DNA of 64,000 bases, taken from positions 1,054,001-1,118,000 of the forward strand of contig CP120453.1 of assembly GCA_034226945.1 (NCBI GenBank). Reading direction: 5' to 3'. The notes under the pieces are model-generated. The model did no database searches. It was not told where the DNA came from and saw nothing but the letters and a program-made list of their open reading frames with translations. A program made the position numbers and the translations under genes. Below are positions 11,205 through 22,126 of the stretch, piece after piece; position 1 is the first letter of the stretch, and every line of letters starts with the position of its first letter. This DNA is from Picochlorum sp. SENEW3 (Eukaryota).

Positions 11205-13364
11205 ATGGAAGGGCAGGAGAATGCGCCTCCTTCGACGTCGAGCTCGACTGTGAAGAGGGGAGCACGTCGTAGGCAGAGGACAAACCAGGGGAAGCGCGAG
11301 TCTTCTCGAGCGCGACAAAACGGGGCACTTGACCCTTTTGCAGCAGAGTTTAGGCCTACTCTGGAAAATGGCTCAGCAGGGTTGTCTCGAACAGCGGGAC
11401 GGAATAGAAAGGGACGTGGTGGCTCTCGAAAGGGCAAGGTGGACTGGAGGACTCTTGGAAGCGGTCAACAGAAGAAAGAGGAGCAGACTGTTCCGGAAGG
11501 GCATCAAGACGAAAGTATGCCAATGTGTATATTGTGTTGTGAGCCGATGGAGGTGATGGCTTTTGGTGAATGCAATCACTGGGCCTCATGTTACAAATGC
11601 TGTCTTCGACTGAGGATGTGTTATGATAATACGGAATGCCCCATGTGCAAGAAGGAATTGCGTGATATTGTGATTGCACCATGGAGAAAATCTATGCCAA
11701 AATTTAGTGAGTATGTGCGCGGTACATTGCCATATAAGATACATAGGGTAGATTTAAAGCTTGGCCCAGGGGTGGTCATGGTGGATGATCCTCCTGGCAG
11801 GTCACAGAAATTGCTCAACGAGCTGCTGGGTATGGTTTCCCTGTCTTGTTCAAAGTGTAGCACTACATCTCGGAAAAGGTATAAGAATGCGAAGCAATTG
11901 ATGGATCACATGCAGAAGCAACATTCTACATACATGTGCAAGCTGTGTTTGGATGAGAAGCGAGTATTCCCTTTGGACCTAGAAACGTATCCGTCATTAT
12001 CAGCGCTCAAAAAGCATAAAAAGGAAAAGCATCCAGAATGTCGATTTTGCAATAGGACTAGATTTTATGACAACGATGCACTGTGGCATCATTTGACACA
12101 GCATCATTTTCGGTGCATGTTGTGTGATCAGGATGGAGCACATGATGCATGGTATCGTAATGCACCGGAATTGCAGCTTCATCTGTCACATGATCATTTT
12201 GCATGCGATCATGATAATTGCAGAAGCTGTTTGGTTGCGTTTCATACCCTTGATGAGCTTCAAGAACACCATATGCAGCATCATAGTGGGAGGATGCGTC
12301 GATGGGATCGATCACAGAGCCGGCCCCTGGAAATCGACATTTCCTATCGTGCAAACCCAGCAAGAGCTGCCGAAAATTCAAGAGCATTTGATAGAGAGGC
12401 TCGTGGAGGATTAGAAGTGATTGATGATGATTTTGGAATGCTGAGCCTTGCTGAAGCAAACTCATGGCGTGGTGCTGTACCACCACCACCATCACGAGAG
12501 GAACACTTTCCCTCGTTAGGAGATACAATCGATCGATCGCATGCTGAAAGAACAGCATCTGACAGAAAATTAGTGAGCCATGCTGTACGGTGTCCCTGTG
12601 GAAGAAGGAAAACACACCATGTTGTGCCTGAAGGAGATGATGCCCCTATTCTGGAGTGTGATACCATCTGCAGGCTCGAGGATCGCAAGAATCGCCTTGA
12701 CGATGCATTCGGAATTGATAGGAGCAGACATATTCCTGTGTTCAATAGGCGTAAAGCCAGCTGGAACGGCGCATTATTGAAGGCTGCAAAGGATGATATT
12801 GCCACTATTCAGATGATTGAAAAGGAATTGGAGGACTTTGTTCGCAGTTCTTCAAATAGACGACAGATGGCACCATCCCCAAAATCTCAGCGAGCAATAT
12901 TTCATATGATGGCAGAACAATATGGAATCACAACCGCATCGACAGGAAGTGGCCCAAACAGAGCTGTCCAACTGTTCAGAGGTACATCCTGTGGACTACC
13001 AGACAGACTTTTGAGCTCTGTCTCTCCCACAGTCTCGGAAGAAGAAATAGCCAAGTTATTGCTCGCTGCGGAAGGCTTTCAGCTGAAATTTGTAGATATT
13101 GCACCGACTGTTGACCTACATTATTTCCTCCGCCAGTTTGAATCCCACTATACACTGTCATGGCCCTCGAGCACAACAGCCATTGCCACATTCGATGAGG
13201 AATCCGTGAAACAGGCCGTCGTGAACCAACTGGGAGGAGGCATCCGAGGTCTCTTTCGTATAGACCATGCATGGGAACCAAGAATTGCCATCAATGTCAG
13301 TGATGCCAGCTTATCGTCATCTCATGCTCCCTGGGCTGCCCAAGCCAATGAGCAATCCGCATGA
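11205..13364 (+). CDS. ZNF598/Hel2-like RING E3 ligase with C-terminal R3H domain
   Basis: RING CILC...CNH...CYKCCLRLR...CPMCK, several C2H2 fingers, EEHFPSL motif, and R3H motif QRAIFH. Confidence 0.85.
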   Translation: MEGQENAPPSTSSSTVKRGARRRQRTNQGKRESSRARQNGALDPFAAEFRPTLENGSAGLSRTAGRNRKGRGGSRKGKVDWRTLGSGQQKKEEQTVPEGHQDESMPMCILCCEPMEVMAFGECNHWASCYKCCLRLRMCYDNTECPMCKKELRDIVIAPWRKSMPKFSEYVRGTLPYKIHRVDLKLGPGVVMVDDPPGRSQKLLNELLGMVSLSCSKCSTTSRKRYKNAKQLMDHMQKQHSTYMCKLCLDEKRVFPLDLETYPSLSALKKHKKEKHPECRFCNRTRFYDNDALWHHLTQHHFRCMLCDQDGAHDAWYRNAPELQLHLSHDHFACDHDNCRSCLVAFHTLDELQEHHMQHHSGRMRRWDRSQSRPLEIDISYRANPARAAENSRAFDREARGGLEVIDDDFGMLSLAEANSWRGAVPPPPSREEHFPSLGDTIDRSHAERTASDRKLVSHAVRCPCGRRKTHHVVPEGDDAPILECDTICRLEDRKNRLDDAFGIDRSRHIPVFNRRKASWNGALLKAAKDDIATIQMIEKELEDFVRSSSNRRQMAPSPKSQRAIFHMMAEQYGITTASTGSGPNRAVQLFRGTSCGLPDRLLSSVSPTVSEEEIAKLLLAAEGFQLKFVDIAPTVDLHYFLRQFESHYTLSWPSSTTAIATFDEESVKQAVVNQLGGGIRGLFRIDHAWEPRIAINVSDASLSSSHAPWAAQANEQSA

Positions 13365-13452
13365 TCCAGAAAAGCACATATTATTTATATAAAAATATTT
13401 ATTTTCCATGTAATGGAGTGATAGAATCATTGGTATTCAGACGAGTCTCTGT

Positions 13453-14493
13453 ATGGTTGCAGAGATTCAAACAACTGCTGGGATTCTTCTGTTTTTCCTC
13501 ATTACAGCCATTCTGTGGTTGCCAGCTCAGTATATACTTTTCAATAAATCATTTATGGGCATATTTGGACGTAGAAAAGACCTCAGGGGCAAGCATGTTT
13601 TCATTACCGGTGGCTCCAAAGGAATTGGATTTGCAATTGCACAAGCTTTCCTTCGCAAGGGCTGTCGGGTCTCGATTATCGCTCGATCAATCAAAGACCT
13701 TGATAATGCCAAGAAGATTCTGATGGAAGATAGTCCTGGGCGAGTTTCTAGGTACTCTGCCGACACGACACGCAGTGACCAGCTCTCCAAGGCAGTTGCT
13801 GCTGCTGAGCAAGACATGGGCCCGATTGATATACTCGTTTGTAATGCGGGCATTTCAATACCAAAGCTTTGTACGCAAACGAAAATAGAAGAGTATGAGA
13901 AGCAGGTTGACGTGAATTACATGGGAACTGTGAGGACAACAAAACTGGTTCTTCCTGGGATGCTGGAACGACAGTCTGGTCACATTTTGTTTGTCTCTTC
14001 GGTGATGGGCGTCTTGGGGTTTGCTGGGTATAGTTCATACGCACCAACAAAATGGGCTATTAGAGGATTTGCGGATTGTTTGCACAATGAATTACAAGGA
14101 ACGGGTGTGTCTGTGTCAATTGCCTATCCACCTGATACGGACACCCCTGGGTTTGCCATTGAGAATGAGGTCAAGGCGGATTTATGCAAAACTGTCAATG
14201 CTGCGCTAGGAAGCCATACATTTACATCAGATATGGTTGGAAATACAATCGTGGATAAATTCCAAAAGGGGCAGTACCATCTGACCCCTCCTGATCTTGG
14301 TGCCAGCATGTTGATCTCCACCATGACTGGTCTGACACCAAAGGTGTTTTGGTTTCCAATCACCATGCTTTTGGCGCCGATTCTAGCTCTGGTGAGCTCT
14401 ATATTTGGTATGATTGGTAACAGAGCTGCAAGAAAATGCAACATGGAGTATGGCTATCCTTTGCCATCTTCCTCTTCTTCTTCTTCTAGTTAG
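13453..14493 (+). CDS. TSC10: 3-ketodihydrosphingosine reductase (SDR family)
   Basis: N-terminal TM, ITGGSKGIG, CNAG, YAPTKWA (YxxxK), AYPPDTDTPGF typical of KDSR/TSC10. Confidence 0.88.
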   Translation: MVAEIQTTAGILLFFLITAILWLPAQYILFNKSFMGIFGRRKDLRGKHVFITGGSKGIGFAIAQAFLRKGCRVSIIARSIKDLDNAKKILMEDSPGRVSRYSADTTRSDQLSKAVAAAEQDMGPIDILVCNAGISIPKLCTQTKIEEYEKQVDVNYMGTVRTTKLVLPGMLERQSGHILFVSSVMGVLGFAGYSSYAPTKWAIRGFADCLHNELQGTGVSVSIAYPPDTDTPGFAIENEVKADLCKTVNAALGSHTFTSDMVGNTIVDKFQKGQYHLTPPDLGASMLISTMTGLTPKVFWFPITMLLAPILALVSSIFGMIGNRAARKCNMEYGYPLPSSSSSSSS

Positions 14494-15257
14494 TAGATAT
14501 GGTTGAACACAAAGGATACGAGGAGGAGCATGACAACCGGCGATACTAATAATGATACTGCCGACGAAGAAGGAGCAGCAGCAGGCTCCTCTGATCCTGT
14601 TAAGAGAGCAACATTCGAGTTATTCCTCAAGCCCTCTGGAATATTTGTTGTTGGGCATGCACAATAAAAGTACGACCCATCTGGCAGTTCCTCCCCAAAG
14701 CCAAGGTACTCTCTGCGGGTTGCACTTTCAACATATTCGCCAAGGTTTTCACTGGACGCCTGACTAAATGCCATGGAAAAGTTGAAAATATTTCCACAAC
14801 ACGTGTCGATGGCCTTCATGGCGGGTGTTTGGTGATCAGCATCGGCAACATCTTGCTCCTCTTGACTCTTTCCTGCAACAGCCATGCCAACTGATTGACC
14901 CAGAGGTAAATAAGGATGAATGAACCTCACAGTACCAAGTGCATTCGTTTGTCCTTCTGTAATGTTATTATAGCAATAGACGTAGGCCCCAGAAGGATAT
15001 TCTGTGTACTGTCCAGCAATAGTCGTGGCAAGCCCCTCGGTCCCACCGTCATCAAACCCTTGCATTGCAGAGTCCAACAGGTCTTCACATGTCGCTGAAT
15101 CACCATCCGCATACACCCCTGCGTACAAAAGTCCATCCAGCGTTATTTCTTTGGCGAGCACAAGACACCTCACCATCATGTCGAGTCACAAGAATAGAGA
15201 ACACCTACCCATCACCATCAGCACCATCAGCATCACGACGCGTATTTCCCCGGCCAT
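14490..15257 (-). CDS. Secreted/GPI-type protein, Cache-like domain; paralog of 60688-61590
   Basis: Exon 1 MAGEIRVVMLMVLMVMG, phase-1 intron 15208-15119, then VYADGDSATC... and a C-terminal Ser/Ala spacer plus hydrophobic tail. Confidence 0.75.
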
Positions 15258-15496
15258 GATTGATTTATATGTGCACAGAGACCTGATACATGTACAGATT
15301 TAATTCTTTTCATGATGATGCACGTGAGATGCTCATAGTCTGACGTCATCACACATGTGACGTTTCCATGATTTAGAATTGCGAAACATGTTCGAACTCG
15401 TTCGATCAATCCCAGATACAGAACAGAACGCATCTTGAGTTGCAAAACTAAGATTTAAAGGTATTTAAAGGCACACACATGTAACACGATAGAACC

Positions 15497-15955
15497 ATGA
15501 TAGCGTCAAGATTGTGCTGCCACCACCAGCAGCAGTGGTTGACAATGTCTGTGGGACGACAACAACCACACGCACGTGGTCGGATGATGCCTCCCCACGC
15601 CCTGAATTCTGAATATAGTCGACAGAGCCAACATCAAAGAGAAGGAACAGGTCGCTGGGTGGCAACAGGATTGCTCATCGCTGTGCTTGCAAGCACTCCA
15701 TCTCCAACCATGGCCATGGAGGATGGAGATGGTAGCAGTCCTGGAAGCAGCAACACCAACCCATACATTGAAGAGCTCCTCAGGAAGTCAGAGAGCAAGA
15801 GAGAAGAGCGCAGGAAAGAACGTTTACAAGATTATTACAGAAGGAATTTCACCGACTACTTTACCTTTGAGACGAGTCCAGGAATGAGCCAACAGGGACT
15901 CTCTCCAGAAACAAGCAATCAGATGAAACAGTGGCTCAAGGACAACACTCAATAA
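15497..15955 (+). CDS. PsaN-family-like thylakoid lumen protein
   Basis: Bipartite transit-like N-terminus ending AMA; IEELLRKSESKREERRKERLQDYYRRNFTDYF resembles PsaN-like plant proteins. Confidence 0.6.
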   Translation: MIASRLCCHHQQQWLTMSVGRQQPHARGRMMPPHALNSEYSRQSQHQREGTGRWVATGLLIAVLASTPSPTMAMEDGDGSSPGSSNTNPYIEELLRKSESKREERRKERLQDYYRRNFTDYFTFETSPGMSQQGLSPETSNQMKQWLKDNTQ

Positions 15956-16012
15956 CTACCATATATATATTTCATTCATTCGCTCATGTACCATACTATC
16001 TACTATTGATTA

Positions 16013-16478
16013 CTACTGATTCAAGAACTGCGGCCTATATACTTTCATTCCATACTCTCGAGCAGCGACAGCAACATCCTCTGTGAGCACAACAGGCCTC
16101 CTGTCCTTTGTAGGATACCCCTCATTCTGCTGAAACTTCAATGGAGCTTGCATCCTATTCTGCTGAACGACACATGCTTCGTCGACGATATCGTTCAAAA
16201 ACATCTGGCCGGCTAATGAGAACAATCGAAGGGTTCTCACATCCTCACATGTAACGCCAGCCTTGGCCAGAACGTGACGTGTCAATTCGTCAGGAATCTG
16301 CACACCAGGATGACCATTAGATCATGAATCTTTATAGTGTTAAGGTTCGGCGTACCAAAAGGGTCGTTTCTTGGCCACCCACGGGGTCGAGGTTTTGCAA
16401 TAATTCGATTACATCTGCCGTCTTGTCTTCTCCTGCAGCATAGGTACTTGTCGTGGGCTGATTTGCATATTCTACCAT
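16013..16478 (-). CDS. TAF10: TFIID subunit 10, 2 exons
   Basis: Intron 16355-16298; IPDELTRHVLAKAG, DVRTLRLFSLAGQMFLNDI, VLTEDVAVAAREYG. Confidence 0.88.
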
Positions 16479-16648
16479 GATTACATTTGTATAACTTGTA
16501 TGCATTTGATACAGTATGGATACGGGGGCTATCATGATGAAATCAATCACAAGCATCCGTATCTATCTATTTTAGGAGAGTCAACATCTGTTCACAGGGA
16601 GCAACTCCCTGTTGACGACGTTTTCAGAGCATGTTCCATACCATACTC

Positions 16649-17887
16649 TCATTCGACAAACATCTCTTCTTCGTCATATTCATTCCCCTTCAGTTTGTTT
16701 TCAACGTGCTTCCACCAGTACTCCATCGAAAGCCTGTACAAGACTTCCAGTCGCCCTTCGGGAGTGCTGTAATATGGATGCAGCCTTCTCTTCCACTCTG
16801 CCAGTTTCTCCTCAGTGATGGAGTCTTCGCTCCATTCGTCAACCAGAACTACTGGTAACTGTCGATAGGCAGAATCATCGTTGTACTTTTTGATGATTGG
16901 TATCACTCCCAGTGCGATAGCCTCCCATGCTTTGGGACTGGGGTCCAGTCCCCCTCCATGAGGGCACAACAGAAAGGAGTAGTCCATCAATGTGAAAAGG
17001 TACGCATCGCCCCTTGGGAGTTCAGATTTGGGATCACAGAATTCCCACGACTCGCACAGCCTCCGTACCAGGATACGATCGTCAGAATGAGGTCGGCTTG
17101 TATCCACTACTCTCAGCATGCCACGTTTGTGACTCACAATAGTCTCAGCATCATGGTTATGGTACGGTGACAATGCCTTATGCTGGGCCACTATATCAAG
17201 AATATGTTCTGGACTGTATTCATGAGGATTCATTCCCAAAGGCAGTGGTGTCACCTTGGGCCCAGCAGTATCCAAATTCTCAGCAAAGTGATGGATGATC
17301 ATTTCATTCTCAGCCTGATGAAGTTGTTCCCACGCAGTCTCATTAATACACTTGAAGTTAAATCTCGGATCCAGTTGGCGAGGCACTGTCTTGTCAGAAT
17401 CTCCCGAAAGCAGCACGATTGGTTCTGCCAGACATGGCATAATCTTCTGATGAAAATCACCCAAGTGCTCCGTCCTGACAAACACGGTGCGTGGATGCTC
17501 ACTGGAATGTACATTCATCCATACAAAATCGGACGGATTCATCGTAACCGAAGATCGCGTTCCATACACAAGATCACACCTCCCGGGAAACCCTGAAGGT
17601 ATTGAACTCTCTGAAAGCTGCCTTGTGGCCATCATAATGCTAGCCGTGTTTGGTTCATGGCTCAAGATGGATATATTCTTCGACATGAGACACTCTACGA
17701 ATTCCTGGCGCGAAGACGTTGGCAGTCGCCTGCTCTGTTCGTGCTGGTCAACGACCCACCAAAGGGAGGGATTGCTGCTGCTCCACTTGGGTGTGGACAC
17801 AAAACCCAGGTATAGCATGCACGCAGCCACAATGGATGTCAAAATAGCACATCTATGTTTCTGATGAGCCCCCAACATGGTTGCCAT
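16649..17887 (-). CDS. Type II membrane exostosin/GT47-like glycosyltransferase
   Basis: N-terminal TM anchor; FLLCPHGGGLDPSPKAWEAIALGVIPII matches the exostosin C-terminal motif. Confidence 0.6.
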   Translation of the reverse strand: MATMLGAHQKHRCAILTSIVAACMLYLGFVSTPKWSSSNPSLWWVVDQHEQSRRLPTSSRQEFVECLMSKNISILSHEPNTASIMMATRQLSESSIPSGFPGRCDLVYGTRSSVTMNPSDFVWMNVHSSEHPRTVFVRTEHLGDFHQKIMPCLAEPIVLLSGDSDKTVPRQLDPRFNFKCINETAWEQLHQAENEMIIHHFAENLDTAGPKVTPLPLGMNPHEYSPEHILDIVAQHKALSPYHNHDAETIVSHKRGMLRVVDTSRPHSDDRILVRRLCESWEFCDPKSELPRGDAYLFTLMDYSFLLCPHGGGLDPSPKAWEAIALGVIPIIKKYNDDSAYRQLPVVLVDEWSEDSITEEKLAEWKRRLHPYYSTPEGRLEVLYRLSMEYWWKHVENKLKGNEYDEEEMFVE

Positions 17888-18466
17888 GTGGATGCAGTGT
17901 ATAAATTATTCGTGTACCTCAGTCACACGGTGCAGCAGCGAATACCGTCGTCTCCTTGAATATCATTTCATGCTGCATGATCCAGCATGCGAATTCACAG
18001 TTTCAAAACTATGTATTTGCATAATTATCCAAGGGACCTTGAACTGGGAACACACTGCTTCTTCTAGTGATCCTTATTGTTGACCGGTCAACTCGAATAG
18101 TTGATTTTCAAAAGAAGAACCATCGGTTTCTTTCGCCCATCATACCATGGGTGTGATGGGAATCTGACCAAAACATTCACTGCCACATTGCCATCGTCAT
18201 GATGAAAGAAACATCCATCAGCATGTCTCATTGGAGTACAAATTTCACATGAATAATCTCAATCCATTGATCTGCTGCCAATGTTGTTATTGAGCCCTTT
18301 CCATCATCATGAGTCAAGGCCATCTGACCCTTCTTCTTACTTTTTAAATCCATCCCAACAAACAAACATCACGTGCCATCAGCTACTACTACTACCAGTG
18401 TATACCAATTGCATTTCTGTGAATAAATGCATGATAGATACATTGATGCAAAGTACTCGTTAGGAC

Positions 18467-19165
18467 ATGGAAGCATCGAATCGGCTGGTTCGAATTCTCT
18501 GTTTACATGGGCATGAACAAAATGCCCAACTGTTCAGGCAAAGGACCGGATCACTGAGAAAAGCACTGAAAAATACTGCAGAATTAATTTATATAGATGC
18601 TCCGCATCAATCCTCCACCCCAACGCTTCGCACGTGGTGGCTACGACCTTGTGGCCCTCAAGTGTACGAAGGATGGGAAGAATCACGAAAACGCATACAG
18701 GAGTCTCTCCAGGAGCATGCACCGATTGATATACTCTTGGGATTCAGCCAAGGGGCAGCAGCTGCGGCATTATATCTGGTACAACAGCAGCATACAGAGG
18801 CCTTGTCAGCTCCAGCTGAAGCAGCAGTGCAGTCTTTGATCAGCATAGCTGGCTTCATCCCTCGAGACGAACGATATAGAGAGGTATTCTACAGTACACA
18901 AAGAGATCTAGAATTGCATTCGTGCCATATATATGGGGACATGGATGATATTATCACGCCAGAGCAGAGTAGAGAGTTGAGCCAGGCAATGGCAGCAATG
19001 GACCCCACCAGTGATGTTGTTGTATGTAGCCATAGCGGAGGGCACATGGTGCCGACACTCCGCAAGGGTGATACTTCATCATATGATGGTGATGATGAGG
19101 ACATGAGGCGAGTGGTTGTTCTGTCTCAGACTGTGAAAGACTTTGTTCGGCGAAGACTACATTGA
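18467..19165 (+). CDS. FSH1/OVCA2-family serine hydrolase
   Basis: ILCLHGHEQN, GFSQG, HIYGDMD, HSGGHMVP catalytic motifs. Confidence 0.9.
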   Translation: MEASNRLVRILCLHGHEQNAQLFRQRTGSLRKALKNTAELIYIDAPHQSSTPTLRTWWLRPCGPQVYEGWEESRKRIQESLQEHAPIDILLGFSQGAAAAALYLVQQQHTEALSAPAEAAVQSLISIAGFIPRDERYREVFYSTQRDLELHSCHIYGDMDDIITPEQSRELSQAMAAMDPTSDVVVCSHSGGHMVPTLRKGDTSSYDGDDEDMRRVVVLSQTVKDFVRRRLH

Positions 19166-19411
19166 GATGGGCTGTCTCTTTTTTTTTTTCCAAACAAGGA
19201 TCACGGACCTGATTCTTCTTCTTCTATTTGTTGTTTGGTTGTCGCAACGCGTATAAACCTTGTCTCATATTTAAATATACTAGAAACGCAGTGTGATATT
19301 CGTTGATACTGTACTGGTCCATTCTGTAAGCACGTGTTCATGTATTCCTGTCCACAATTGAATTGAATTCAACTCTGAGACGAAAAGAGAAGGAGACAGA
19401 TATTGAGCAGG

Positions 19412-20462
19412 ATGCCAGTAGCACAGCAGGGTGAGACTATTCATAGAGATAATACAAATCCAGGCAATGATGAGGGGGTGAATGGAGACCAGCGAGGAGG
19501 GAACGACTCATCAACGAGACCGTCCGAGCGAATGTTCTCGAGAGTGTTTAGAACGGTAGGTTTGGTTATATACCATGTATGAGAGATGCATAGATGTGTG
19601 TATCTGATTATAATACTGGTTGTAGCCGCAGAATAGGCCTGACTTTGAGCAGCAGAACCGAGGTCGTCGACGACCTCGGGATGAAGGCTGGGAGGATTCT
19701 CAACGACCGATATCCCTTCCACCGACATTTGCTGTACCATTTGTTGGATCTAGAGATTTAAGTGAAATATTTAGTGAGATATTTGATGTGGCGAGGCAGC
19801 CGGATGTTCGAGTGCGTCGAGTACGTCAGCCGAGGACGGTTGGGCCGTTGCGCAAGGTGAGTCGTGCACCGTCGAATTGGTATTTGAAGCAGGGGCAGAC
19901 GTGGACTGGGTGGCAGCATGTGCAGCATTGGCCTCCTGGGTCTTCAGAAAAGTGGAATGTTCGAGTTGTGCTGGACCATGTGGATTTGGAACGGGGGGAG
20001 GTGTTTGGGACCATGACTGCCACGGACGTGCCTGGAGCTGAGTCACAGGTTGTGACGTATTTCGAGGGGGAGATGATTGATAACGAGAATGCGACATTTT
20101 ATTCTGATCCTGATGCGTCAGCTCGGGTATGCTTGTCAGAGCTGCGGCATTGGTCTCGGTTTCCTGCATTTAGGCCTCTAAGGGATGGGGTGTTGGAGGA
20201 GGATGGGAGGTCTCCAGAGTTGGCAGCGAGCAGCAAGGTGTTTATGCGGTGGAAAGAAAAGTGTTTTCTGTCTGGAGGGGATTGTCGGTTGACAATTGCG
20301 GGTGTATATTATGTGACTTTGGATAGAAGGAATGGGGATGTGAATGCCTATTACTTTGATCAGAATTCAGCACCCGAGCAGAGAATGATACTCAAAGCAG
20401 GGGCTGGGAATGCGTCGAATCAGCAGCAAGGGTATGCCCTTCCTGCGCTCAAATATGCCTGA
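19412..20462 (+). CDS. GID4: GID4/Vid24 substrate receptor of the GID/CTLH ubiquitin ligase, 2 exons
   Basis: Exon 1 from ATG 19412 splices in frame to ORF 19788-20462. GTMTA, TYFEGEMID, HWSRF, FMRWKE, LTIAGVYY motifs. Confidence 0.85.
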
Positions 20463-21217
20463 TGGATGCAACGTTGGAATACTGTCACTGTTGAGGTGTT
20501 CTGTAAAGTGTCATTATTATTCTTTGTCATGTCGAATGAGTGGTTGTATTAGTAGTATTCATAGTATATGTTATTAACCATATAAAAAAAAACCTATTAG
20601 TCTCGTATTCGCATTGTGCATGCGTGTAATTCAGCAGAGACGGCAATGCATTGTTGGGATTTGTGGAGACATATGTGCTGTTACGAACAGCAACCGTTTC
20701 CTCTCCAGGCGCAATACCACACTCACCCGAGCGACACGGTGGTAATGAGATTCATATGAGGTATCCGAATGGCAGTGCAGGTCTAATAATCAAATGACTT
20801 CGAATCACAGCACTCGAGCACCAACTCCGTCTGTCACCACGTCTTCCAAAGAGAGGACCATTTCCTCCACAAAAAAATACCGATATGCGGTAAATTTATA
20901 ACTGAAACACAATTCCAGCAATTTAGGAAGATGGCACTGGCAGGCACGCATGAAAACAGAGGAGAGAGAGGCACATGTGTACGACATGACCCTCACTACG
21001 GGACCTACACGTTGAGCGAAAGTGTGATCTTTGCAGCACGGCGATTGTCAAAACAATAGCTCTACTCTTGTGAAGATAACTTTTCAGACAATTGCGGTAT
21101 CGTCCGTAGACGCAAATTGCCCGATTTATGGGTGGGGGGTCGGGATCGGTAGTATCCTTCATTGATGGAGCCAAGCACCGAAAGGTTTGATTGCTTCTAA
21201 CGCGTTATATCATCATC

Positions 21218-22126
21218 ATGGGCAAGAACCTGTAGAGACCTGTGCTATGCAAAAAATATTTCAAATTGATTGGAAATATTCGACCTTTTCGTGAAAACTA
21301 CCCTCGTGATTTCCGTAACCAGATATGTCTCTTTCCAGGACCGTGACGGCTTTCGCCCTGTTGATGGCCTTGCTTTGCTCATGGTGTGACGCCCGAGAAT
21401 TGCTGCAAAACGTACGTGACATATATTGCATACATGCGAGGTGGACGAAATCCTAGGGAAAATAGCACTGAGCAATGTGTCTGGGAAAGCTGAGTACAGA
21501 CGTGTGGTTTTGTATCTACTACAACTTGTAAACAAGTAGCGTGAGATGTAATGGCAACACATTGTATATTGCCGCAGAGATGCTCTTCATCTCCAGGGAA
21601 AAGACCCAGAGAATGCAACAGGTCGGTCTACAGAGATACTGAATGGTAGGTTCTTATTTGGTGATTGATGACCCTGGAAACATTGTGCTGCCATTGAAAT
21701 GCACTTTTTAGTCCTGAAAATTCACGATCATCATGTTCCCTATAATTGCAGGCGCCGTGATGAGATTGAATGCAATGTGAGGGGTGCTGAGTTGGTACGT
21801 GGGTGCTTTTGATCTGACATGTCTATTCATGTAGTACTGCATGTGTATCATTATATATATTTGGAACCCAACGCCCGAGTTGTGACAAAAATGATAGAAG
21901 TAACTATGCTGTGGTACTACAGAGTTGCGACCTTGAGGACGACTGGGATGAAAATGGAGATGTGGAATGCGAGTTGGACATCCCAGGACAGAGAGACATT
22001 GAATTCCGTTGCCGTGTCAACAGCAATTGCAACCTCAAATGTCCTAACAATGTGCTCAACTCTAGAATACCTAGGAGATATCGTTCAAAAACCAAGAAGA
22101 TCCTTTCTGCATGGAAACCAACATGA
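21218..22126 (+). CDS. Small secreted Cys-rich protein, about 5 exons (manual model)
   Basis: GT-AG splicing gives MGKNLTVTAFALLMALLCSWCDA-RELLQN / RCSSSPGKRPRECNRSVYRDTEW / RRDEIECNVRGAEL / SCDLEDDWDENGDVECEL...; the first donor is weak. Confidence 0.6.
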
